Source: Opitutales bacterium
GTDB taxonomy: Bacteria; Verrucomicrobiota; Verrucomicrobiia; Opitutales; UBA2987
NCBI GenBank assembly: GCA_965226885.1
Contig: CBDDEL010000014.1
Coordinates: 128,001 to 192,000, forward strand
DNA: 64,000 bases
Direction: 5' to 3'
Part shown: positions 42,107 to 50,830 of the stretch, in pieces
Numbering within the stretch: position 1 is the first letter of the stretch
Layout: each line of letters opens with the position of its first letter
Notes under the pieces: model-generated
The model's database searches: none
What the model was told of the DNA's origin: nothing
The model's input: the letters and a program-made list of their open reading frames with translations, nothing else
Program-made: the position numbers and the translations under genes

Positions 42107-43966
42107 TCAGGCGGGAACGAGGTCTTTCTCGGTAGTTTGATCCGGTTTTGAGTCCATAAATGTTGTTACCGTTTCGGGTTTCATCAGATCGACGGTGGCG
42201 GGGTTTTCCTGAAAGCGGCGAATAATGTCTTGCATTCCGGTGCGCCGCAGAAAGGCGCCCAAATCCTCGGCTTCGCTGCGGTTTTCAAGGTAAAACCGAA
42301 AAAGGACGTCGATGACGCCGGGGATCCGATCGAGGGGCACTTTTCTCAGGTAAAGCTGCGAGCCGTCAGTTGAGAGGACGGGCACTCCCTGAAAACGCCC
42401 GTCTGCCGAGCCGAGGAGCCTGATTTGGTAGCGGCCACTGCCGGAACCGATCAACCCGATGGTTTTGGTCGCCGGGCGGAAGCATTGGCGCTCGCACCCG
42501 GTTACACCGATCGATTCGGTCATGCCGCCCCAGCCGAGTTTTTCCAATTGGTCGATTAGGAGGGGTTCGATTTTTTCAGATTCGGTGTAGGCCAGGCGGC
42601 AGGTATCCAGGCCGACGCAGGCGCCCGATCGTAACCGGAGCGCCGAGTAGTCCGACCCATTGCGCGAGCCGTAGCCATGTTCCTTCAGGTCGGAAGTAAA
42701 CTCCTCTTTCGCTTCCGATGGAAGGCCTGCGAAGATCAGGTCCTGGTTCGGTGTGAATCGAAGTTCCACCGGATATTTGTCCATGATGAATCGAACCAGA
42801 GTTTTTAAACGGCCGTTGGGGCTATCGTCCGTCAACCGCCCGTTTTCGATGAATAATCCGTAATTAACCATATCATCGTCGGGATGATCCAGCCAGCCGT
42901 GGTGCAGGTGGCGTTTACCGATATCGTGGTCTGTATGGGGGGCATCGAGGGAGAAACCGGCAATATCCTCAACCTGGCGGCGGTACCAATCGATCCCCTG
43001 GGCTTTGACGACGTATTTGAGGCGCGCCCAATGCCGGTTTTGGCGGTCTCCCCAGGTTTGATGGACCTGCACGATGGCGTCGAGAATGGGCAGGAGGTTT
43101 GCTTCGGAAGCCTGGGCAAAGGGCTTGGCAAAGGCGGACATGGTCGGTTTGCCGTTCTTCTCGCCCTGGCCCCCGCCAATGTAGATTTGAAAACCTTGCA
43201 GCTTTTCCTGGCGCACCAACGGGGCAATTCCAAGGTCGTGGGTGAGCAGCTCGACGCAATTGTCGGGAATCAATAAACCAGTGGTTTTGTCGCGGATATG
43301 CGCGGAAATGCCGATTTTAAATTTTCGATTGAGGAGCTGCTTGCCGTATTTGAAGGATTTGCTGTCATCGCGAACGGCTTCCGGGTCGATGGCGAAAATC
43401 TTGACAAAAGGTTCTGCCGGCAGACGGAAAAAGCTGGTCAGCTGCTGGGCCAGCCGGTTGCCATTGAAGGTATCGCTGAACGAAGCCAGAGGGCAGGCCA
43501 TGACATTGCGGACATTGTCGCCGCAGCCATTGATGCTGTAGAGTCCGCTATGGGCCAGGGTGCGCACAATTTCAATAACATCCTGTTTCCTGACCCAGTG
43601 AAACTGGAGGTTCTGCCGGGTGGTAATGCGTAGCGAAGGCCGGTGTTCAGCGGCATGGGCATAGCGCTCGGATAAATCATCGAGGACCCGCCATTGCTCA
43701 CTTGTAATGGGGCCGCCACCGGGAATCGAAACGCGGATCATATAAACCCAATCCTTTTCCCGGCCCGTCCTGGCCCGGTTGTATTCGAGGTAGATGCCGT
43801 AGGATTTGCTCAGTTGCTCGGCTTCCCAGGCCAGCTTGGGATCGTCCTGGCGCAACTCTTCGTAAAGATCGCCACGCACTCCGTTGGAAGCCGCTTTGTT
43901 GAGCTCTTCTCGCGAGTGATCCTGCTGTGGGGTCAGGAAATTGGGTTCGAAAAATTTCTTTTTCAC
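42107..43966 (-). CDS. cysI: Sulfite reductase, siroheme/4Fe-4S hemoprotein (CysI/Sir-like)
   Basis: TTRQNLQFH, CGDNVRN, RKFKIG, ARLKY; CVGLDTC...GCERQC ligands. Confidence 0.88.
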   Translation of the reverse strand: MKKKFFEPNFLTPQQDHSREELNKAASNGVRGDLYEELRQDDPKLAWEAEQLSKSYGIYLEYNRARTGREKDWVYMIRVSIPGGGPITSEQWRVLDDLSERYAHAAEHRPSLRITTRQNLQFHWVRKQDVIEIVRTLAHSGLYSINGCGDNVRNVMACPLASFSDTFNGNRLAQQLTSFFRLPAEPFVKIFAIDPEAVRDDSKSFKYGKQLLNRKFKIGISAHIRDKTTGLLIPDNCVELLTHDLGIAPLVRQEKLQGFQIYIGGGQGEKNGKPTMSAFAKPFAQASEANLLPILDAIVQVHQTWGDRQNRHWARLKYVVKAQGIDWYRRQVEDIAGFSLDAPHTDHDIGKRHLHHGWLDHPDDDMVNYGLFIENGRLTDDSPNGRLKTLVRFIMDKYPVELRFTPNQDLIFAGLPSEAKEEFTSDLKEHGYGSRNGSDYSALRLRSGACVGLDTCRLAYTESEKIEPLLIDQLEKLGWGGMTESIGVTGCERQCFRPATKTIGLIGSGSGRYQIRLLGSADGRFQGVPVLSTDGSQLYLRKVPLDRIPGVIDVLFRFYLENRSEAEDLGAFLRRTGMQDIIRRFQENPATVDLMKPETVTTFMDSKPDQTTEKDLVPA

Positions 43967-44041
43967 TTTGAAGGGATTTCGTTTGGAGGTTATCTTTTTA
44001 AATCTTTGGAAAGTGGAACTAAACGCTGGAATGGCCTGAGA

Positions 44042-44254
44042 TTACTTATGTTGACTGAGGGTCCCGATAATTTCGTCTCGCCGCTGCCGGGCTTCGGCCA
44101 GGGATTTTGTGCCCAGAGAATGGCGGATCCGCTTTTTCGTCAGATAAGTTGGGTGAACGGTATAGTGAATGAACCATGTTCCATTATTGTTCCACAGGTG
44201 GTGGTTGGGATTATCGAGAGAAAACCTCAAGGCTTTGGGGTGATCTGTTTTCAT
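44042..44254 (-). CDS. Small basic hypothetical protein, integrase arm-type DNA-binding-like
   Basis: 70 aa, first gene of the operon; beta-beta-beta-helix pattern ending RHSLGTKSLAEARQRRD. Confidence 0.7.
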   Translation of the reverse strand: MKTDHPKALRFSLDNPNHHLWNNNGTWFIHYTVHPTYLTKKRIRHSLGTKSLAEARQRRDEIIGTLSQHK

Positions 44255-44312
44255 GTTGGATTTGCTATTTGCTTATTAAAGTGAAGTGAAATTGCGGGTG
44301 AATGTTTTGAAT

Positions 44313-44356
44313 AAAAACAAAAAAAGCCCCGCAGCTTGAGGAGGCTGCGGGGCTTT
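44313..44356 (-). terminator. Intrinsic terminator (attenuator) in the sulfur-operon leader
   Basis: 13-bp stem AAAGCCCCGCAGC/GCTGCGGGGCTTT followed by a long U tract on the minus strand. Confidence 0.9.
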
Positions 44357-44397
44357 AAAAAGTTAGTTCAGGTCTTATTATATTTTACCTGGTCGCT

Positions 44398-44457
44398 CTA
44401 TTTGATGGCACAGCCGTTCTCCTGTTGTTGGTTGATGCAACAGCACATAATCGCCAT
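44398..44457 (-). CDS. Putative Cys-rich leader peptide MAIMCCCINQQQENGCAIK
   Basis: ATG TGC TGT TGC run plus a fourth Cys; stop ~40 nt before the terminator of a cysteine/methionine operon. Confidence 0.75.
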   Translation of the reverse strand: MAIMCCCINQQQENGCAIK

Positions 44458-44706
44458 AATTATACAAATCCATGCCCCCGCCTTCGATATGAAGGGGATT
44501 TCAATGAATCCGAAACGATGTGTGTCAATAGACATGCTCAAAATAATAATTCGACGGGTATTTATCGGTTGAGAGTCTCTCAAGTCAAGAGAGATTCCCA
44601 AAAAACTGTGTCATAAAATTTTTCTCGGTCAAATCCGTCTTTAAGCAAACCTGCTGCCTTTAAGCAAACCTGCTGCAATTGCGTCATAGAATAATGAAAT
44701 ATGAAC

Positions 44707-45732
44707 CTACGGTTCACTGATCTCATCCATTCGGAGGAAGCGGGCGGCGTTGTTATAAAAGATGTCGCGCTTTTGTTCCTCAGACAGGAAATCGGCCGAT
44801 TCAATTCCGTCGATCGCCATTTCAATGGCTTCGGGCCAGAACAATTGGTCTGAGCCAAACATGAGGCGCTTGCCATAACCGGCCCGCATAAGACCCTTGA
44901 GGTAGTAGTGAAACTCTTCCCGCGGCCACAGCCATGGGAGGGTCGCCAGGTCGACATAAACTTGGGGATAGTTGTGCAACAAGGCCTTGATTTCCTGCAA
45001 GTAGGGCCAACCCGCGTGCATGACGTAGAGGCGTAATTTCGGGTGCCGTACCAGAACTTCCTCTAATTCCAGGGGGTTGCCGAGGGACATGCGCAAAGGC
45101 GAGGGGCCTTGTTGAGTCCCCGGTCCCATGTGCACGCCAACGGGCAGGTCTAACTCCTCAGCCAGGGCAAAATAGGGCTCCAAAGCAGGATCGCTGGGAG
45201 AAAGCCCCTGAAATTGGGTCGTTACTTCTCCCAGCGCTCCCAGTTTCCCAGCCAGGTAATCGGCTCGGAGGGAGGTTATATTATAGTGCGGGTCCTGGGG
45301 GGAGGTTTTACCGTTGATCATGGGCGAGGCTATAATTCGGTCGGGCGCCGCTGCCTTCCACTTATCGAGAAGTTCTCGATCCGGTCCGCAAAGGATAGCT
45401 TTAACGATGTTGAAACGTTTAAGGTTTGCAACGGAGGCTTCCATGATTGCCTCGGTGGAGATGGCTGCGGAAGGCTTGCCTGTGATTGGATTGAGCTTAC
45501 CCGGTGGGCCCAGAAAATCCGCCGGAAAAGCATGCAGATGCATGTCGATTATCGGACCCCTTGATTTCGGTTCAGCTCCAATTACACTCTGCAATGAGAA
45601 AATGAAAATTAAAAGCAGCCCGATTACTGTCGATGCCGGATGACAACCGGATTGTGAACGGAATGATAAACAAAATTTTATCATATTTCGATTCTTATAA
45701 TGGTATTCGACCAACTCCAACTCCTGTTCCAT
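44707..45732 (-). CDS. Amidohydrolase family protein (Amidohydro_2), secreted; start uncertain
   Basis: IDMHLH, GE, PVGVHMG, HAGWP, FGSD, NAARFL. Confidence 0.88.
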   Translation of the reverse strand: MEQELELVEYHYKNRNMIKFCLSFRSQSGCHPASTVIGLLLIFIFSLQSVIGAEPKSRGPIIDMHLHAFPADFLGPPGKLNPITGKPSAAISTEAIMEASVANLKRFNIVKAILCGPDRELLDKWKAAAPDRIIASPMINGKTSPQDPHYNITSLRADYLAGKLGALGEVTTQFQGLSPSDPALEPYFALAEELDLPVGVHMGPGTQQGPSPLRMSLGNPLELEEVLVRHPKLRLYVMHAGWPYLQEIKALLHNYPQVYVDLATLPWLWPREEFHYYLKGLMRAGYGKRLMFGSDQLFWPEAIEMAIDGIESADFLSEEQKRDIFYNNAARFLRMDEISEP

Positions 45733-45833
45733 ATACGGCAGGATTAACTAGATGAAATGCTGAATGCCGGCGATAAAAGGAATTACCAATATTTTAGCTG
45801 ACTGATCAGACATTGTGATTTTGGAACAAGCAG

Positions 45834-48064
45834 TTAATTTGCGGATAAATCGGGAGGAACGCTGAAAAGGCTGCCGTCGTCAAACCTTTGGAAAAAACGG
45901 CTATAGGGATTATTGTCCTCGAAAGTCCAAACCCAGCCGGGGTTTGCGCCGTATAGATACATCCAGCGGTAGGTGTTTTGGTTGAGAAATATCCAGTTTA
46001 TCAAACCAAAATCAAAAAGAAAGATTCCATCGCTGTTGCTGTTCTCAGAAACGAATTGCCAGCCGTGTTCGTCGTGATAAATCCAAGGCCAGGAATCCAC
46101 ATTATAGTTCTTATACCAAGAGGAGGTCCTCCAGCCGGGAAAGCCTTCTATGGGGGCTCCTCTAAACATAAGATCCGTTGGATCCTCGCTCAATTCTCTG
46201 AGTGTCATTTGGGCCGGGTCTATGACCAGACTGCTCAGACCCCGAGTTGCAAATTTCCATGGGGTATCTTTTATAAATATCAGATTGTCACGGCTTGTTG
46301 CCGTCGCATATTCCTTGAATGAGAGTGTCAGCCATGTCATCTCGGCTTCGGTATGCTGCCTGTCGCTGATAAAAAGAATCCCGACGTTCCAGCTTTTTTG
46401 ACTCTCGTTGTATGCGGGTTCTCTGACACCGAACTGGGCGATGAAGTCATCGATTGTAAAGGGGATCACTTCTTCCGCGGTTACCAGGGTTTCGCTGCAA
46501 ATTAGGCCATTCTCATTTGACTCACACCCATCAATATGCGGGTTGACCAATTTATAGTAGGTCTCCGTCACATCCTCGGGAGGAAGCAGTCCCATCATGT
46601 AGAGGAAGATGTCCGCCCAGACGTATCGCTGGTCATCGATCGGTTTGATCCTGAATTCCCCACTATCGTCAACCGTCAAGTAAACTTCCTCTCCATTCGG
46701 AGTCAGCACTGGGTATGGCCATCCCCGGGCGGGATCCCAAAACGGCCCGGATAGCTCCCCGGTTACCGTAGTATCCGAGTCCAGATGTTGACCGTCGCCA
46801 GCATTCCAGGCTCGGTTGCCCGCAGCGGGAAAATCATCGGCCTCCATCCCAAGAAGCCCATGCCCCAGTTCGTGAGTAAATCCCTCCGAAACGATGTAAT
46901 GATTGTCTAAAATTCCAATGAATTCCCGATGTTCTCTCCCATCAACAATCTCATAGCAGTGGGATCTTGGTTCGCATGGAGGTTTAAATCCCGTGTTCAC
47001 AATATTATCGTGGACGCGAATGTAGCCGCCGCCGGCGGTAGAATCACGATCCTGGATTATGAAGAAATCAAACACATCACCGGAGATGTCCCATGCCACC
47101 GCACAGGACAGACAAGTCTCCGGGGAGATCAAGTTCCACAGGTCGCTCCTTCTATCAGCATATTCGTCGCCAATGTTAATAAAATAGCCGGAATCCGTGG
47201 TGCGGACGTGTTGATTTACTTGAGTGTGATCCACCGTTCCACGAAGTGAAGTTGAAAGAACAATTGTACCAAAAAAATCGGTAAAAAGGTTACCACCGAG
47301 GGACTCCTCGTTTAAACTTAAACAGGACCGGGAATAGACGCCGTCATCAGCAATCGCGTCACCATGAGTTCCATCATCGTAGAGTTGATGGCGTCCTGCC
47401 TCGCCTTCGAGCAATAGTTCCCCATAGATTTCGGGGGTTTCAACCATGCCAGATCCTTCCACTGTTTCTGGATGGTAGAAGAGCGTAAATGTCTCATCGG
47501 AGAAAATAACCGAAGGTTCAATCTGGGTTTCTCCAGTTGGTAAGGCTGCGGCCTGGGCCTCGGCGACAGGCGACAACGCATCCTCGTCGCAACCTACAAC
47601 CCGCTGGGGTATGAAATCGACGCTGGTGACGCCTGCCATCCAGTCGTCTAGCAATTCACTCAGGAATTGAGTGTACCAAATCGCTTTCCACTCGGCCGAG
47701 GGGTCATCTCCGACCCATTCAACCGTAATATCCCCATTCCACCCCGGATTCGCAGGGTTCCAGGCGTCAACATCGCTATATTCTTGCGCATTCCAGACGT
47801 CAGATGGCAATCCTGGTTGGACGACCCAAGTTTTTCCGGCAAAGTAAAAGAGGTAGATTCCATTACTATTCTGAAAGACAGGCCGATCGGTACGAAATTG
47901 ACCGGTCAACCGGTCATAGTGTAATCGCCATTGTATTGATCTTGATCGAATCCACTAACTATTAAATAGGGTGGATCGGGGTCTTGCGCACGAGCCACAC
48001 CGACAAGGGAAATTCCAACAACAAGGGATATGACGGCAACGAATACTGAAGAGATACTACTCAT
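45834..48064 (-). pseudogene. Secreted HEXXH metalloprotease-like protein with a Trp-rich C-terminal domain, frameshifted near the 5' end
   Basis: Signal peptide ORF (48064-47906) is separated from the 691-aa ORF by an 8-bp duplication ACCGGTCA; LYDDGTHGDAIADDGVYS and THELGH motifs. Confidence 0.75.
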
Positions 48065-48477
48065 GGATTGAAACGATTCGCGGTTTTCAAACGATTCGCG
48101 GTTTTCATAAGCATTTAAATTCGAGAACATTCTGACGCGGGGTACTAGCAAATGTGGGGCTTGGAAGAGTGAGGGAAATGTGGGGTTAACTTAGGACGTT
48201 TGTATTCCCTTATCCTTTTATGTAGCGATTTTCTCTATGCGGTCAATGAATTTGACGCCGCAGATGACTTTCCCGATCTGGTAGGAGCCGTCCCACCGCC
48301 TTGGCTGGGCCGTGTGGGTCTGTTTTAAGCCCACGGCAAGAGATGGCTGCGCGTACGCTGCGCTCTGGCCGATTTAATAAAAAGGTTTGTGCAATCCGCT
48401 ATGTCAATTTACGGTGTTTAAAGAAGCTTATCAACGCAACTACCCCGAATGTTAAATCTCATTTCAAGGAATCGTTT

Positions 48478-48885
48478 ATGAAGGATAAAGATCGTTTGCC
48501 CCTGGCCCTGCTGTTTATCCGTTTGAGCGTGTTTCTGGTGATGCTCATGTGGACCCTGGATAAAATCGTCAACCCCGAACATGCGGGTAGGGTTTATGAG
48601 AAATTTTATTTTATACCAGGCATGGGATCGACGGCGCTTTCGATTGTGGCCGGGCTGGAATTGCTTCTTATTCTCGGTTTCGTAGTCGGTTTTGCCAAGC
48701 GGTTTACCTACGGAGCGATGTTGGTATTCCACGCCGTTTCCACTCTATCCAGTTATGGCCAATACCTGGATCCATTCAAAAATCTACTCTTTTTCGCCGC
48801 CTGGCCCATGCTGGCCGCCTGTTTTGCCCTCTACCTTCTTCGCGATGAGGACACCCTGTGGGTTCTTGGCAGTAGGGGAAGGTAG
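48478..48885 (+). CDS. DoxX-like membrane protein
   Basis: Four hydrophobic segments; RLSVFLVMLMWTLDK and NLLFFAAWPMLAAC. Confidence 0.7.
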   Translation: MKDKDRLPLALLFIRLSVFLVMLMWTLDKIVNPEHAGRVYEKFYFIPGMGSTALSIVAGLELLLILGFVVGFAKRFTYGAMLVFHAVSTLSSYGQYLDPFKNLLFFAAWPMLAACFALYLLRDEDTLWVLGSRGR

Positions 48886-48986
48886 TAGGTTTCAGGTGTC
48901 GGGTGTCAGGATTCAGTATGGGGAATACAGGTCGGGCTTGCGTTTGAGGCTTGTTTTTGATTAAAGTTCAGCCATTGATCCAGCTT

Positions 48987-49835
48987 ATGAGATCCTCCAT
49001 CGCTTTTTACCTGCTTCTGTTTTGCCCAACTCTGTTCCTGTCTCCTTTGATGGCGGGAAAAAAGGCCGCCAATAATTACAGCCATGATTCCTTGCAGGCT
49101 ACTTTGTGGATGCAAACCTCGGCGGAATATAAGGCCGTAACTACAGGCATTTACAATTCGGCGAGGGAAAAACTGGTATTGGCTTTGCAGAATACCGATT
49201 GGACGGCCTCCGGCGAGCAAACGGGCAATTATCAGGATTTGCCGCCGGCTGTAATCCTCGACGTGGACGAAACGGTGTTGGACAACTCTCCTTATGCCGC
49301 CCGCCTTATTCGCAAGAGAGAGGGTTATACGCCGGAATCTTGGGCTCAATGGTGCGATGAGGCTCAGGCAGAGTCCATTCCCGGAGCATTGGAGTTCACG
49401 CGGTTTGCGGCCAGAAACGGGGTCGCCGTGTTCTATATTACGAACCGGAATTCCTCACTCGACGGGAGCACCCGGAAAAACCTTGAAAACAAGGGCTTTC
49501 CGCTGGACCCCAACATGGATACCGTGTTGACCAACGGGGAGAAGCCGAATTGGGGTTCTTCCAAAGTGGAACGCCGTCGGCATGTGGCGGAAAATTACAG
49601 GATTCTCTTGCTTTTCGGTGACGATTTTAACGATTTTGCACCAGTGCGCGAATCCTCCAGGGAGGAGCGCCAAAAAATTCTGGAAGAGGCCACCGGACGT
49701 TGGGGTGTGCGCTGGTTTCTCTTTCCCAATCCCACCTATGGCAGTTGGGAGCGCGCCCTCCGTATATCGGCGGATAGAAAAGATGCCAAAAAATACTACG
49801 AAGCCAAACTGCAATTACTGGATGCGGCTGAATGA
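48987..49835 (+). CDS. Class C acid phosphatase / 5'-nucleotidase, e(P4) family
   Basis: LDVDETVLDN, YITNR, GDDFNDF, PNPTYGSWE. Confidence 0.92.
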   Translation: MRSSIAFYLLLFCPTLFLSPLMAGKKAANNYSHDSLQATLWMQTSAEYKAVTTGIYNSAREKLVLALQNTDWTASGEQTGNYQDLPPAVILDVDETVLDNSPYAARLIRKREGYTPESWAQWCDEAQAESIPGALEFTRFAARNGVAVFYITNRNSSLDGSTRKNLENKGFPLDPNMDTVLTNGEKPNWGSSKVERRRHVAENYRILLLFGDDFNDFAPVRESSREERQKILEEATGRWGVRWFLFPNPTYGSWERALRISADRKDAKKYYEAKLQLLDAAE

Positions 49836-49884
49836 AGGGCTGGATGCTGGATGCTAGATACTGGATGAAGAAAGATGAATTTTT

Positions 49885-49913
49885 AACCACGGATTACGCG
49901 GATGAACACAGAT
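49885..49913 (+). repeat. Dispersed intergenic repeat, second copy
   Basis: AACCACGGATTACGCGGATGAACACAGAT; preceded by CTGGATG heptamer repeats. Confidence 0.6.
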
Positions 49914-49974
49914 GATAATAAAAAGTCGTTAACTCCATTGCTCCGAAGCCCAAACCCTGAACCTGTAAATTTCG

Positions 49975-50820
49975 ATGCCTGATTCATCCCACTTTTATTC
50001 TGAAAAATGGCCGGTCAAGGCCTATAACAATCGGGATTTCATGAACGGTTCCGACGCCCGCTCCATCCGTGTGCAGTGCGAATTACTGGAACCCGAATAC
50101 CGGCTGGAAATGCTGGGGATTCGCAACACCATCGTCTTTTTTGGCTCCGCCCGTTTGAAATCACCGGAAGTGGCCGAGAAAAACCTCAATGTGTTGCAGG
50201 AAAAGGTCGAAAAATCGGAATCCCAAAGCGAGGAATGGGAAGAAAAGCTTTCGGCTGCCAAGCGGGATGTGCGCACCTCGGTCTATTACCGGGTAGCGTC
50301 AGAGTTGGCCAATAAAATCACCCGATGGTCCCTCACCATCCGCGACCCCTTGGAGCGCTTCCTGATTTGCTCCGGTGGCGGTCCCGGCATTATGGAAGCA
50401 GCCAACCGGGGCGCTTCCGAGGCGGGGGGGCGATCCATCGGGTTGGGCATCAGCCTTCCCTTTGAGCAGGGCAATAACCCTTACATTTCAAGGGACTTGA
50501 ATTTTGAATTTCACTACTTCTTCGTGCGTAAATACTGGTTCCTCTACCTGGCCAAAGTCCTCCTGGTATTCCCGGGCGGCTTTGGCACCATGGACGAGTT
50601 GTTCGAGGTTTTGACCCTTATCCAGACCAAGAAAATTGAGAAACGTATTCCTATTATTCTTTTCGGGTCGGAGTTTTGGAAAGAGGTGATTAATTTTAAA
50701 TCCCTCTGCAAGTGGGGGGTCATTTCGGAAAAGGACCTGGACCTGTTCCAGATAATGGATTCGGTGGAGGATATCTATGAATTCATCGTCAAGGAAATGA
50801 CCGAGCATTACCTGAGTTGA
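49975..50820 (+). CDS. LOG family (TIGR00730) nucleotide-binding protein
   Basis: FFGSAR, GGGPGIMEAANRGA, PGGFGTMDE. Confidence 0.93.
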   Translation: MPDSSHFYSEKWPVKAYNNRDFMNGSDARSIRVQCELLEPEYRLEMLGIRNTIVFFGSARLKSPEVAEKNLNVLQEKVEKSESQSEEWEEKLSAAKRDVRTSVYYRVASELANKITRWSLTIRDPLERFLICSGGGPGIMEAANRGASEAGGRSIGLGISLPFEQGNNPYISRDLNFEFHYFFVRKYWFLYLAKVLLVFPGGFGTMDELFEVLTLIQTKKIEKRIPIILFGSEFWKEVINFKSLCKWGVISEKDLDLFQIMDSVEDIYEFIVKEMTEHYLS

Positions 50821-50830
50821 GGAGCCGGCC

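Noticed and set aside
44378..44473. Alternative leader ORF MDLYNYGDYV... in another frame
   Set aside because: It has a purine-rich upstream stretch but no regulatory codon run; less explanatory than the CCC frame, though not excluded.
44260..44600. SAM/SAH riboswitch in the sulfur-operon leader
   Set aside because: No SAM-I, II/V or SAH consensus recognised; the leader-peptide model fits better (Rfam scan still needed).
48301..48477. Long N-terminal extension of the DoxX-like ORF and a GTAG-type REP
   Set aside because: The extension looks non-coding, with a better start at 48478; the palindrome is weak and single-copy here.
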